From Geosiphon pyriformis uo1 (taxonomy: Eukaryota; Fungi; Glomeromycota): DNA of 64,000 nucleotides. The stretch spans positions 355,045 through 419,044 of the forward strand of contig JAAOMT010000219.1 of NCBI GenBank assembly GCA_016748015.1. The letters run 5' to 3'. Under the pieces are notes generated by a model. The model saw only the letters and a program-made list of their open reading frames with translations, ran no database searches and was not told the origin of the DNA. The stretch's first letter is position 1; each line of letters starts with the position of its first letter. The translations under genes were made by a program, and so were the position numbers. Shown here in pieces: positions 37,164-49,397 of the stretch.

Positions 37164-38683
37164 GCAGAGACATTAAGACTCCAAATGTTACATGTAGCAA
37201 ATTTCTACACTAGTTCTATTATTGAAAGAAGAGAGCAACAGGAACCAAATCAGCATTGTCCATTTTGGCTGAAAGATTCATAATTATGATTGAAAAATTG
37301 TTTAAAGTATTCTCCATCTTTTTAATAACAGAAAAATCAAAAACTACCACTCCTATAATAGTTTCACCACCAGTAATTACACCTGAATTCTCACTTATTA
37401 CTATGTCCACCCCTTAACTCTGTAATAAAGGAGTCACCAATAGCTGACATCCAGAGCTAGACTGAAAAACCATTGGTCCAAGTGTGTCTAACCTCTTAGC
37501 CAACTTGTCAACACATTCTGCAAGATTGGCAAGACTATGCTTAAGAACAGCAAACCTATTACTCAGATCTATAAACAACAGCAGAATATGTTTTATCTCC
37601 AAAGAGGAACCAAAATCAGTCAAACTAATATGTACAAAAAAGGGAGAAAAGAAGACCCACCAAAAATCTTGGCCCAAGAGACATTACCAAAAGAAATAGG
37701 ATGAGAGATTAGAGCAGAACATTTAGCATAAATGGTTGTCAGCCTGTTTTTATTAACATCTAACAGTATCTTGTGAGATGGGTCACTAAGAGAAAATTTC
37801 TCATTTATAGAACAGTTTAAAGAGGTATAACCCAATTTCTCACACTTAGCACACTTAGCAGAATTCAAATGAAACCAGCACAAATTAACACCTCTTAAGA
37901 CAGGCATAGTTCCCAAAATGGCATCCAATAACTCAGCTGAGTTGAAACAAACAACAGCACATCTGAATCAAGCATAATTAATAAGGTGTCGATTAATGAC
38001 ACATGTTTTTCCATCCACAGAACCAATGAAATTCCAAATGTTATGTGCATTTGTCCCAACAGACAAAATATAGAGCAGCATCCTATAACTGTTCTTAGCA
38101 TTCCAAGATTTTTTGTCATTATCAGCTCTGGCTATATGCATGGCATCTTTTCTAAGCAGGATGAACTATTTAGCTGTGACCAAATTAGTGTGATCTACTT
38201 GTTCAAATTCCACCACAGCCCTACCAATTGCATCTTGATTGACTTAATTATTCCAAATTTAGATAGTGCAGTGTGCACAGTCTCAGCCAATGTTTCAATT
38301 GAAATTTTTTTTATTACTACAGCCTGATCTGAATGACTAGTAAATTTTTTGAAATTAGTGTTTACCAAAATATTTGCTGCTTTTGCCTTTTCTGTAGTCT
38401 GTGCCAAATTAGATTCAGAAGTGAAAGAAACATGAATAATTCCAACAAATTTTGAGGAAGTAAAGACTTCTCCAAAACCATTGACTTTTGAAAACAATTT
38501 CCTAATCACCACCAGCTTTTCTTAAGAGAATTTTTCAACCACCTTATCTAAACCAATATCTAAAGTGAAAAATTTTCTAACTAGAACATCCACCAAAATC
38601 TTCAAGAGAGGAAAAAGTGTCAAAGAAGTATCTAACAGAATGTTATCACTATTATTACTTAAAAAATTAATCTTCTCTAGTGG

Positions 38684-39549
38684 TGTTACAGTTTAAGAAT
38701 TTAGCAAAAAGAATCATAAAAATAATACAAACTATTCAATCATAATATAGCACAGTAATAATCTTAGAAAGGTAATAATTAACATAGTAGCAAACACCAT
38801 CTCGCGATAGTGGCAAGCACCAGTTCACAATAGCAGCCAACACCAACTGGTGATAGCAGCAAGCACCAGGTTGAAATATCAAAAAGAAAGTATTTTCTCG
38901 TAGAACTACAAACATGTATATATACAGTAGTTTTAATATTGGGAAAGAATCAATCAAGTAATAAAAATCATAACTTATCAAGCAATAGATCCAATTTTAT
39001 CCAACAAACTCCACTTTAAATCATACTTTCAAATTAAATATTCCAAGAAACCTTTAAAATCAAAAAGAAATGAAAAAGAATATTTAAAACTGAACTATCA
39101 CAACCCAAAGTATTAAGAAACTTACTTGTATTATTTATTGAATGAAACTATCATTCATCAACTGAATCCCTTGGAAGAATAATCCTTGATCAAGATTATT
39201 CACGTTATTACTAATTGATAAAAGCTTTATTGTGAGAATTAGAAAAGCGCTAAAGACCATTAACATTCTGTGTTTCTAGATTAGAGAAACACATCAGGCA
39301 ATTGCAAAGATAGCCTCAGAGAAGACCCCAGACAGTGGGTAAATTTCAGTTCAGCCTCTGAAAAGGAGTACATAAACACACACAACAATCAAGAATTAAA
39401 GAATAACTTACATCGCAACAGTAAAAAGAAAGCCTTCAGTGTAACAGTGACATTATCACACAAATAGAATTGAGGAACTCACGAAAGACTGATTGCAATT
39501 AAAGCGGGATATCAGCAATTAAATATAACAAGAAAACCATCCCGTAACA
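38684..39549 (+). repeat. 5' LTR of B
   Basis: TGTTACA...CGTAACA; 4x23-bp array at 38784-38875; TATATATA at ~38917. Confidence 0.95.
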
Positions 39550-39551
39550 TT

Positions 39552-39568
39552 TGGTGAACCCTACGAGG
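39552..39568 (+). promoter_or_regulatory. Primer-binding site (tRNA-Trp-like, tentative)
   Basis: TGGTGAACCCTACGAGG, 2 nt after the LTR; resembles the complement of tRNA-Trp 3' ends (...GGGTTCACCA). Confidence 0.7.
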
Positions 39569-39631
39569 AAAGAAAATCAAAAAAGAAATAATAATTAGCA
39601 ATAATTCATTGCTAAAAAGGAAAAGACAAAA

Positions 39632-41729
39632 GTGGCGACAAAAACCCCTAATCTTACTGTTCTTAAATTCTGCCGTGCTATTTACACACAAAATCAAAGT
39701 GATCTTGGATTACCAGAAGGGTGTTGTCCAGCAGAATCTGCCCTTACTTATTATATCAATGCCAGAATAAATTATCATATAGGAAAGGAAGAAGAACCAC
39801 ACGACGCAAAACTTGGATTGTATAGAGAATTATCACAATACACTACAAAAGAAGTAGCAGTAATAGCCGCAACTATTGTCAAAATCCATCAAGAAATTGA
39901 GCAATACGCCAACGAAAATTTTCCAATATCCACAGGAAACACTAGAGAACGCGCCAACAAAACCAAAGAAAATTTAGAAACTANNNNNNNNNNNNNNNNN
40001 NNNACAAGGATACTACACTGATCCTCAGGTTTTAAATCAGTTTATTAGAGGATTAAAAAGCAGCATTTTAGGAAGAGTATGCCCTGCCCACCCTAATTCT
40101 TTACCAGAAGCCGTTATGCTCGCCAGAGCCCTTGAATCGGCTGAGAAAGAAGCTAACCATAGTCAAATGGTTAACATGGTAATGGAGGAAAATAAGACAG
40201 AAACATTAGAGAAAAGAGTAACGCAATTAGGGGAGGAACTCTCTAAGAAAATAGAAAGTTACCTCATCCCGGATCCAAGAAAAAATACATACCAACCACC
40301 CCAAAGATGCAGCCAGGAAGTCAGCGACAATCGAAATAATCGCCTGTCGTGCCAAGAATTCAGAACAGAAACACGCGCCTGCCATTTTTGCAAACGCGTA
40401 GGACATTTGATTAGTCAATGTCGAATGCAAATGATGCAGGAAGCATGCGAAAATAATTACTATGCGCCACCCCAAATGCCCAGAAACCAGTACACGCCAA
40501 TACCACGCCAATATTCCACCATGTATCAAAATCAAGGAGCTTACCAGCAACAGCCCATGATAGCCAACCCGAATTGGCGTCCCGAGGCTTGAAATCAGCC
40601 TATGTGAAACCAGAACGCGTTGGTCCAGAGGAATCCAAACCGTGCTGGAACCAATCAGCAAACCAATCCAAACTACCAAAATTATCAACAAACTTACCTT
40701 AATATACCAGAAAACCTGATCATTGGAAACAATAACAGTAGAAACATAAACAGAACCAAGAATTCCTCCAAATTGAGCCAGACAATACCACCAGCAGTTG
40801 CCACCGAAGATAACAGTCTCGCAGCTATTTTTCCTTTTGAATTAGAGGAAAACGAGGCTATGTTCAGTGGAGCAACATTGGACGAAAAACGCCCAATCAC
40901 TGCTATGTATACGGAAGCCACTGTAAACAATACCCCAATCAAACTTATCTTAGACAGCAGATCCGCTGGAAGCATCATAACGCTTCAACTAGTAAACCAA
41001 CTGGGTTTCAAAGTTGATCGTGCCGCGATGTCCCAAATCATAACAGCCGATGGAAGTACAAAGCTGCCTTATGGCGAAATCGACTCATTCCCTTTCGAAA
41101 TTAATGGCATAGTAATACCTACAAAAGTATTAGTAATGGACGCTACACAATATCNNNNNNNNNNNNNNNNNNNNTGATAAAATTAAACAACGTAACTGGG
41201 GAGACATACCAATTACAGGAGAATATTCATCACTATTCCAAAACCCTCTTTTTCAGCCAAAATTTAGAACGGGGTTTGAAAACCGTGAAGAGGAGTCTGA
41301 ATCAGAATCCGAAAAAGAGACCAGCGAAAAAACAATCACAAGACCAGTCACTGGAACAAGCAGCCAGTCCAGAAACCAAGAAACTCGTGATCAAGAGGAA
41401 GAACCGGATATAAGGGAAGCCACCTTTAGGAACGCTCAAGGAAATATCATTCCACCTCTTCTTAGACCAATAAACCCACCAGCAGAAAATGGCAACGAAA
41501 TGACCACACCATACATTGCAAGACTAACAGATTTCTCAGGAGAGGAAGAAGAAACGGACGTGCACACATGGCTCAGAGAAGCACAAAAAGCCATCCAGGC
41601 AAATAACTGGAACGACCAAAGAGCAATTCAAACATTACCTTTCTTCCTGAAAGGCACAGCTGACTCGTGGTATCAAAGCCTGGAAACAAAACCCACGAGC
41701 TTCGCCGAATTTAAAAATGCACTCCTGGA
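39632..41729 (+). pseudogene. gag: gag and protease of B (contigs out of order)
   Basis: N-terminal extension 39632-39983; capsid N-half 41500-41729 (FSGEEEETDVHTWL, FFLKGTADSWY); capsid C-half and CHFCKRVGHLISQC at 40004-40592; protease ILDSRSAGS in the same frame. Confidence 0.85.
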
Positions 41730-41749
41730 NNNNNNNNNNNNNNNNNNNN

Positions 41750-44623
41750 GTAAACAATACCCCAATCAAACTTATCTTAGACAGCAGATCCGCTGGAAGC
41801 ATCATAACGCTTCAACTAGTAAACCAACTGGGTTTCAAAGTTGATCGTGCCGCGATGTCCCAAATCATAACAGCCGATGGAAGTACAAAGCTGCCTTATG
41901 GCGAAATCGACTCATTCCCTTTCGAAATTAATGGCATAGTAATACCTACAAAAGTATTAGTAATGGACGCTACACAATATCAAGTGTTAGTAAGAAATGA
42001 CTGGCTAACAAAAGCCAACGCCACCCTAGACTAGACCACCCAAGAGCTTCTGATCAATTATAATGGCCACCAAGCCAAAATTCCAGCCACCTGTGGCCAC
42101 TTCCAAAAACCCAGCGCCAACCAAAGACCTACCTTCGAATTTGAGAAAAATCCAGCACTACCAGCCATCGAAACCTATCAGCTCTCTTGGGCTGATGACC
42201 AAAGAACAGGACTACCAGCCATACCAATGTGGACCAGCGAAGAAAGATCCGAATGGAACCAGGTAAGTTCACAAAGAAACCACCAGCGACGCAAACCAAA
42301 GCTAGAATGCTTGGTTTGCAAGAAGAAACTCTCGTCTATGATTGCGTGCAGCGCACCGGACGAAGACCCAAGAAACCCCACCCACTACTATTGTAACCAT
42401 TGTAACAAAGAAAAATACGGTTACCCAGAAAGACACGGAAAATGGGACAAGGAACCGTGCCTCGCTTGTGGAGAACTGTTACCAAGAGGGTGTGACTGGA
42501 ATGACTTACCAGGCAGAGAAGGAATGTGTGACGCAACTTGCCAATACACGATCCTCATCTGTGACTGGGTAAGAGGAGAAACGCCGTTCGAAGCAGCGTT
42601 CAACAGAGCGTTAAAAAAACTACAGCACTACCCACACGATGAGGACGAGTTGTACAACACCGCACAAGCCAAAGTAAGAGGAGGAACCATCAAAGAAATA
42701 TGACGTTAGAAAGAGTCAGCCGAAGTAGCCGACGAAGTTGCCAGCTACAACATGTTCGACCCAGTGGACGAATTCCAGGACTACTACCAACAACTATGCC
42801 CCACTCGACAAGAGCAAGAACAATACCTCGTCCAAATCAACACTTACCTCTGCGAAAACTGTCTCATCCCGTGCCAAAGTCAGTGCTGTGAAGAGTGTCA
42901 AGACAAAAGGGACTTAGAAAGAAAAATGGAAATTGAGAATCAGCAGTCTCAAAATCAATCAATAAATCAACAAGACTCACCTGACAGTCCCGAGTCAGAA
43001 AAATTTGTAGCCTATACTGACCTAGAACAGGTGACTGACATCCGATACTTCGACAATAGACACTTAGTAATAATACCCGAAAGAGCCCATCCAACCGATG
43101 CCGGATTCGATCTACGTTATCCAGAAGACCAATCCACAACGTTACCACCCAGGAGCATCACCAAAATCGACCTAAAAATAGCGGTTGAAATTCCACCAGG
43201 AATAATGGTTCAAATGGCGTCACGATCAAGCTTCGCGAAAAAAGGAATAAGCATTCAAGAAGGAGTAATTGACTCCGGATACACTGGAAATTTGATGGTT
43301 TTGCTACAGAACAATTCAGAAAAGCCTTATACCATTGAATCTAAGGAAAAGATTGCACAAGCAATTTTCTTACCATTGGTAAAAATTGGGAAATTCGTGT
43401 CAGTGGAAAATCGTAAGAAATTGTCATAAACAACGAGAGGAACTTTTGGTTTCAGATCGACAAGAAAAGGAATTGAAGCGAATTTTGCTGAAACAATAGG
43501 AGAAAAAGGCGAAGTAATTAAAAATGAGTGGTCCATCACGCTCCTACCATATGAAAAATCAGAAATAAGAATAAAAAGGACAATTAAAGAAAAAGACCTA
43601 ATATTTGAGCCCTACCCAGAAACTTGCCAACAGTTTCTCATAGGACTTACTAACCTTTTTATTCCAGCTGATAAAGTTCAATGGATAAAAATTCCTATCG
43701 CAAACACCACAGAAGAACCTGTCTACATTCCGGAAGATACCATCATTGGATACCTCGGAATGGAGCTAGAAAACACATCAACACCACAAGAAATTCTAAA
43801 TTTTCCAGAAATCGCCCTCTATTGTGAACTTACTTCAATAAATTGGCAACAACCGGTAGAATGCTATCAATTTACGCCAGAAGAATTGGCCAAATTAAAC
43901 ATTGGAACAATGGATCCCGACCAACAGCGACAATTAAAAGCATTAATTTTAAAATACTCTGATATATTTTCAAGAAATGGCGAATTTGGAAGAACCAACT
44001 TGGTTCAACACCAAATCCCCACTGGAGATGCCAGACCTGAAAAACANNNNNNNNNNNNNNNNNNNNNNNNNNNNNNNNNNNNNNNNNNNNNNNNNNNNNN
44101 NNNNNNNNNNNNNNNNNNNNNNNNNNNNNNNNNNNNNNNNNNNNNNNNNNNNNNNNNNNNNNNNNNNNNNNNNNNNNNNNNNNNNNNNNNNNNNNNNNNN
44201 NNNNAATCACCAATAATGATCTATCCGAATTTCAACAAGAAATTCATTTTGGCCACAGATGCCTCTGGAACTGGACTTGGAGCCATTCTGTCACAAAAAG
44301 ATGATAATGGAAGAGAACGTGTAATCGCTTATGCCAGCAGAAGTCTCAGTACGGCAGAACAAAACTATGCAGCACATGAACTTGAATGCTTAGCAGTAGT
44401 CTGGAGTTGTGTTCACTTTGACACATATTTACGGTACCAACCCTTTAAGATTACGACAGATCATAGAGGTCTGGTCTGGTTAAATAACAAAAAAGCGCTA
44501 AAAGGAAAATACGCCAGATGGTCACAAACGTTAGCACCATATAATTATATTATCAAATACAAAGAAGGTACCAAAAATGCTAATGCTAATGCCGACTGTT
44601 TGTCAAGAATGAGACACACATAA
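41750..44623 (+). pseudogene. pol: pol of B: protease, Cys-rich domain, dUTPase, (RT in N-gap), RNase H
   Basis: One frame 41750-44046 with three nonsense codons; RNase H FILATDASGTGLGAIL...AYASR...ELECLAVVW...TDH...NADCLSR. Confidence 0.92.
43070..43465 (+). pseudogene. dut: Trimeric dUTPase domain within pol
   Basis: All five motifs: AGFDL, SRSS, GVIDSGYTG, KIAQ, RGTFGFRSTR (from RGxxGFGSTG). One TAA before motif V. Confidence 0.95.
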
Positions 44624-44652
44624 AAATCACCAACCCACCCGCCACAACAACA

Positions 44653-45805
44653 ATGAACAACCACCTTTACAAAAACCTCAGCCAATACTTGGAAACACTA
44701 CAAATAAACAAAGAAATGCCAGTAAAAGAGCTAATTAAGCTCCAAAAATTAGCAAAACACTATTTCATCCAAAATCACATACTTTATTACCGGAATCGAC
44801 AAAATCCAGATAATCCATTAAGAGTTATAACCACGGATGAAAAAGAAACTATCTTATTTAACATGCACTCAGATATTCATTCAGGTCACTTTGGAAAAAC
44901 AGCAACCATCTAACGTGCAACTAGCCGTTACTATTGGCCAAAAATGAGCTCAAATATAATCCAATACATAAGAAATTGTGACCCATGCCAACGAAGAGGA
45001 GGAGCAAAAACAACAGAATTATTAAGACCAATAAAAGTTGGACAGCCATTTGACAGAATCGGAATTGATTTAGTTGGACCCTTACTAATAACAACAAGAA
45101 ACAACCGTTATATTGCAGTAGCCATGGACTATCTCACCAAATGGCCAGAAGCTAGAGCTATTAAAACAGCTGATGCTATTTCCGTAGCTCAATTCGTACA
45201 TGAAGACTTAATTTGCCGACATGGATGTTCACAAGAATTGCTATCAGATCAAGGCACACACTTCATAAACAGCACTTTAAAAGAACTTAGCCAAAAATTT
45301 GGAATCAAGCAACCACTGTCATCACCATACCACCCTTAAACAAATGGATTAGTTGAAAGATTTAATCGCACATTATGCGAATCACTGGCGAAAATTAGTA
45401 ACGAACATGAAAAAGAATGGGATTTGTTCATACCAGCAGTACTACTAGCATATAGAACAGTAAAACAAGATACTACACAATTCACACCGTTCGAATTAGT
45501 TTATGGAAGAAAAGCCACATTACCCATTGAACTTACTATTCCAACTTATTTGAGTGACACTATCACGGAAGCAACATTCCAGGAAACACTACTTAGAAGA
45601 ACATACGAATTAATGGGAACTTTAGAAAACAAAAGAAGAAAAGCAGCACAAAATATTGAACAATCACAAGAACAACAAAAAGTGAGACATGATAACCAGT
45701 TACCAGATAATATAATTAGCTACAAAATTGGAGATAAAGTATTGTTGCATCGTACAAAAATGGAAAAACAGTGGAGTGGAAAATTTGATCACAAGTGGGA
45801 TGGAC
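44653..45805 (+). pseudogene. Integrase of B (own ATG; C-terminus in gap)
   Basis: MHSDIHSGHFG...CDPCQRR; IGIDLVGP, LLSDQGTHF, GLVERFNRTL; KWDG at the gap. Confidence 0.93.
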
Positions 45806-46047
45806 NNNNNNNNNNNNNNNNNNNNNNNNNNNNNNNNNNNNNNNNNNNNNNNNNNNNNNNNNNNNNNNNNNNNNNNNNNNNNNNNNNNNNNNNNNNNNNN
45901 NNNNNNNNNNNNNNNNNNNNNNNNNNNNNNNNNNNNNNNNNNNNNNNNNNNNNNNNNNNNNNNNNNNNNNNNNNNNNNNNNNNNNNNNNNNNNNNNNNNN
46001 NNNNNNNNNNNNNNNNNNNNNNNNNNNNNNNNNNNNNNNNNNNNNNA

Positions 46048-46653
46048 TTAAAATCCGATCTAGAAATCACAGTTAATAGCTCCAAAATAACATACATCAA
46101 AAGAACAATAGAAAATCCAAAAACAAGAAAAGAACATAATTTCGAACCATATAATATTGCCAAATATAACACCAAATTTATTAGCAAAGTTATTGAAAAA
46201 TTAGAGATAGCATTGGGCAATACATTAATAATGGAAAAAATAGAAATAAGTGAATTAACACCAGACACATTTAGCAACTTGAAAACGAAATTCCCAATTA
46301 ATTACTGTTATTATCAACTAGGAAAGCACTTGAACATACAAACATTATACTCAAAAGACTCAACTAGAGTGTTTGACAAAACAACTATCCAACTATTAGA
46401 ACCTTTCATTGGAAAAACCAACATTACATTCCATTCAAAAACAGTTTACAGAATTTTTAAAGCATTTGAAAACTGTCACAAATTATTGTTGGACCCAACC
46501 ATGAACATAATAATAACCAACAGTATTGGACGACTTACCAACTTGCAATTTCAAGAATTACAACAACAAATTAATAACACAGTATTGAACCACTATAGTA
46601 ACTTAGAATTTAATGAAGAAATTAACTTCGATTTCGACGGAGCTCAATCTTGA
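46048..46653 (+). CDS. ORF3 of B, unknown protein (N-terminus in gap)
   Basis: ~200 open codons ending at the PPT; not integrase- or chromodomain-like. Confidence 0.65.
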   Translation, partial: LKSDLEITVNSSKITYIKRTIENPKTRKEHNFEPYNIAKYNTKFISKVIEKLEIALGNTLIMEKIEISELTPDTFSNLKTKFPINYCYYQLGKHLNIQTLYSKDSTRVFDKTTIQLLEPFIGKTNITFHSKTVYRIFKAFENCHKLLLDPTMNIIITNSIGRLTNLQFQELQQQINNTVLNHYSNLEFNEEINFDFDGAQS

Positions 46654-46666
46654 AAGGAGGGGATAA

Positions 46667-47531
46667 TGTTACGGTTTAAGAATTTAGCAAAAAGAATCAT
46701 AAAAATAATACAAACTATTCAATCATAATATAGCACAGTAATAATCTTAGAAAGGTAATAATTAACATAGTAGCAAACACCATCTCGCGATAGTGGCAAG
46801 CACCAGTTCACAATAGCAGCCAACACCAACTGGTGATAGCAGCAAGCACCAGGTTGAAATATCAAAAAGAAAGTATTTTCTCGTAGAACTACAAACATGT
46901 ATATATACAGTAGTTTTAATATTGGGAAAGAATCAATCAAGTAATAAAAATCATAACTTATCAAGCAATAGATCCAATTTTATCCAACAAACTCCACTTT
47001 AAATCATACTTTCAAATTAAATATCCAAGAAACCTTTAAAATCAAAAAGAAATGAAAAAGAATATTTAAAACTGAACTATCACAACCCAAAGTATTAAGA
47101 AACTTACTTGTATTATTTATTGAATGAAACTATCATTCATCAACTGAATCCCTTGGAAGAATAATCCTTGATCAAGATTATTCACGTTGTTACTAATTGA
47201 TAAAAGCTTTATTGTGAGAATTAGAAAAGCGCTAAAGACCATTAACATTCTGTGTTTCTAGATTAGAGAAACACATCAGGCAATTGCAAGGATAGCCTCA
47301 GAGAAGACCCCAGACAGTGGGTAGATTTCAGTTCAGCCTCTGAGAAGGAGTACATAAACACACACAACAATCAAGAATTAAAGAATAACTTACATCGCAA
47401 CAGTAAAAAGAAAGCCTTCAGTGTAACAGTAACATTATCACACAAATAGAATTGAGGAACTCATGAAAGACTGATTGCAATTAAAGCGGGATATCAGTAA
47501 TTAAATATAACAAGAAAACCATCCCGTAACA
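46667..47531 (+). repeat. 3' LTR of B
   Basis: Near-identical to 38684-39549; preceded by the PPT. Confidence 0.95.
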
Positions 47532-49397
47532 GTGGTTTTCCTAAGGTCCTCTTGGTTATTATTTTCGAACTCTTAGGTGTCTAATCCAAATTTTTTTTAG
47601 CAAGAACACTATTTTTACCATAATCAAAGCTGGTTTCTTCAACCAAACATTCTTCCTTCATATCTACACTATCAGATTCAGTAGTGTTACCAATCTCAAA
47701 ACTCCATAAATGACTGCCCAATTTTTCAGCAGAAATCTTTCTATTACTAGTACCATCTTCCAAAACACCATTTCTTCTCTTTTTTTTAGATTTAACAAAC
47801 TTGAAACCAGTATCAGAACCAGAATTTTTGAGAGTCTTCTTCATAACAGCAATACTAAGACCAACAGTGGCCTCAAAATTAAGCAAAAATAGTTTGAATT
47901 TATCATACTAAATAGTAAAAAACTTCTTTCAAAAAACTTTTTGACTTTTTTTTGGGAATTTGGGACAAAAGAAAGAAAAAAGTTTTTTTTTTTAAATAAT
48001 TAATTAAATTAATAATTATTATTTAAAAATAGAATAGTTAATTATATAATATTAGTAGTATTATTAACAAAAATTTAAGATATTATTTAACATAATTTAT
48101 TTATTATTAATTAGTATATATTATTATTTTAATTTATTACTTATTATTTTATTAAATTAATTAAATTATTATTCAATTAATAATTCGATTTGTACAAAAC
48201 ACAAATATAACCAAATTGTAATAATTAAATTATGTAATACACTAAACTATATAACAGTCAAAATTTATTAAAATATTTGAAAATTCAATGAAATATTTAA
48301 TAGTTTACTAAAATAATCTATAATTTGCAAAAATAACTTGTAGTTTAACAAAATATATTTTTAGTTTGTTAAAATATTAGAAAAAGAAAATGCTAGATCA
48401 TAAAATAAGTAATACAACAAATTATATAAAAAAAAGCTTTTTCTTTGTGAAAAAAATATTTTAATTCAAGATAACTTACTTAATAATTAATTATTACAAA
48501 TTATTTTAATAAAATTATTTTAAAAATTTAAAAATCTTAATTATTACAAATTACTTTAATAAAATTATTTTAAAAACTCAAAAATCTTAATTATTATTAC
48601 TTGAAATCATCTATTTAAAATCTAACATTTTAAAATTAATTAGCTATTAATTTCAATAACTGTTAATAATTCTTAAATCTGAATCTAAAATAACTTTTTT
48701 AACATATTTTTTCTTTGGTTTATTTTTTTATTATTATTAAATAATCTATAGTTAAGATTTCTTATAAAAAAATTAAATTTTACAACAAAATAATACATAT
48801 TATTTAAAAAGCTTACAAATAAAATTTTTTTGTAAAAGATTTAATTTTTACTACAAAATAATTATACAAATAATTAATATAAAATTGGTTATTTTATTAT
48901 AAGTCTAATAATATATATAGTTCAAAGTATAAAAAAATACTTTAGAAAAAAAACTAGTTTATTAAAAACTTACTAGCTTTTATTAACAACAGAATTAACA
49001 ACAAAATAATATTAAAAATATTAAGAAAAAAATAAAAAACTTTTAATAACAGTAATTATTATATGTAATATATAAAAACTATTATTTTTAACTATAATAT
49101 TATTATTATTTTTTAATATACTTGGAAAAATAATTAAGAATTTTTTGTTTATAGATAAAAATTTGTTATATAAAAAACAATTAAAACTTTATAATTATCT
49201 TAATAAAATTATAGAAAACAATTAAAGCTTTATAGTTATCTTAATAAAATTATAAAAAACATAAAGCTTTTAAAAAAAACAACTTTAAAAATACAAGTAA
49301 AAATTTTGAAAATTATATAATTAAATATTTTAAAAATTTTAATTATTGTTAAAAAATTCAAAACTCTTATACAAAAATTTAATTTCTTAAATATAAA

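Larger units (their letters stand above)
38684..47531 (+). mobile_element. Young Ty3/Gypsy family B carrying dUTPase
   Basis: LTRs 38684-39549 and 46667-47531 differ by 8 transitions and 1 indel by my count. TSD GTGG; PBS; PPT gaaaggaggggataa; gag-PR-dUTPase-(RT in gap)-RH-IN-ORF3. Confidence 0.96.
31539..47992 (-). mobile_element. Full-length degenerate LINE (ORF1; APE-RT-RNase H ORF2) hosting solo LTR C and Gypsy B
   Basis: ORF1 pieces at 47581, 38195, 37620 and 37219. ORF2 37219->31659 (SDFNK, GVFVDN, VYTDGS). 5' end matches 61660-61710; TSD taaataat at 31531-38 / 47993-48000. Confidence 0.9.

Noticed and set aside
38784-38875. CRISPR-like repeat/spacer pattern (also the 12-bp arrays in family-A LTRs)
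   Set aside because: Spacers are only ~7 nt or absent, the arrays lie inside LTRs, there are no cas genes, and the context is eukaryotic.
38736-38981. Identical 81-aa antisense ORF in both B LTRs
   Set aside because: Identity reflects LTR youth; non-ATG start and no recognisable motif.
39984-41981. Apparent duplicated protease and rearranged gag in element B
   Set aside because: 40923-41154 and 41750-41981 are identical and bounded by 20-N gaps. Swapping contigs 40004-41154 and 41175-41729 restores normal gag order, so this is a scaffolding artefact.
44047-44205. Element B apparently lacking reverse transcriptase
   Set aside because: RT falls in the N-gap, which is flanked by the pre-RT motif (VQHQIPTGDARP) and the RNase H start. 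Gap length is unreliable.
45424-46653. 409-aa integrase-ORF3 fusion in the ORF track
   Set aside because: The frame continuity runs through an N-gap of estimated length, so it is not evidence of fusion.
48488-49262. Short tandem duplications (~50 bp at 48490-48590; ~40 bp at 49175-49260)
   Set aside because: Ordinary local duplications in eroded TE DNA with no sign of function.
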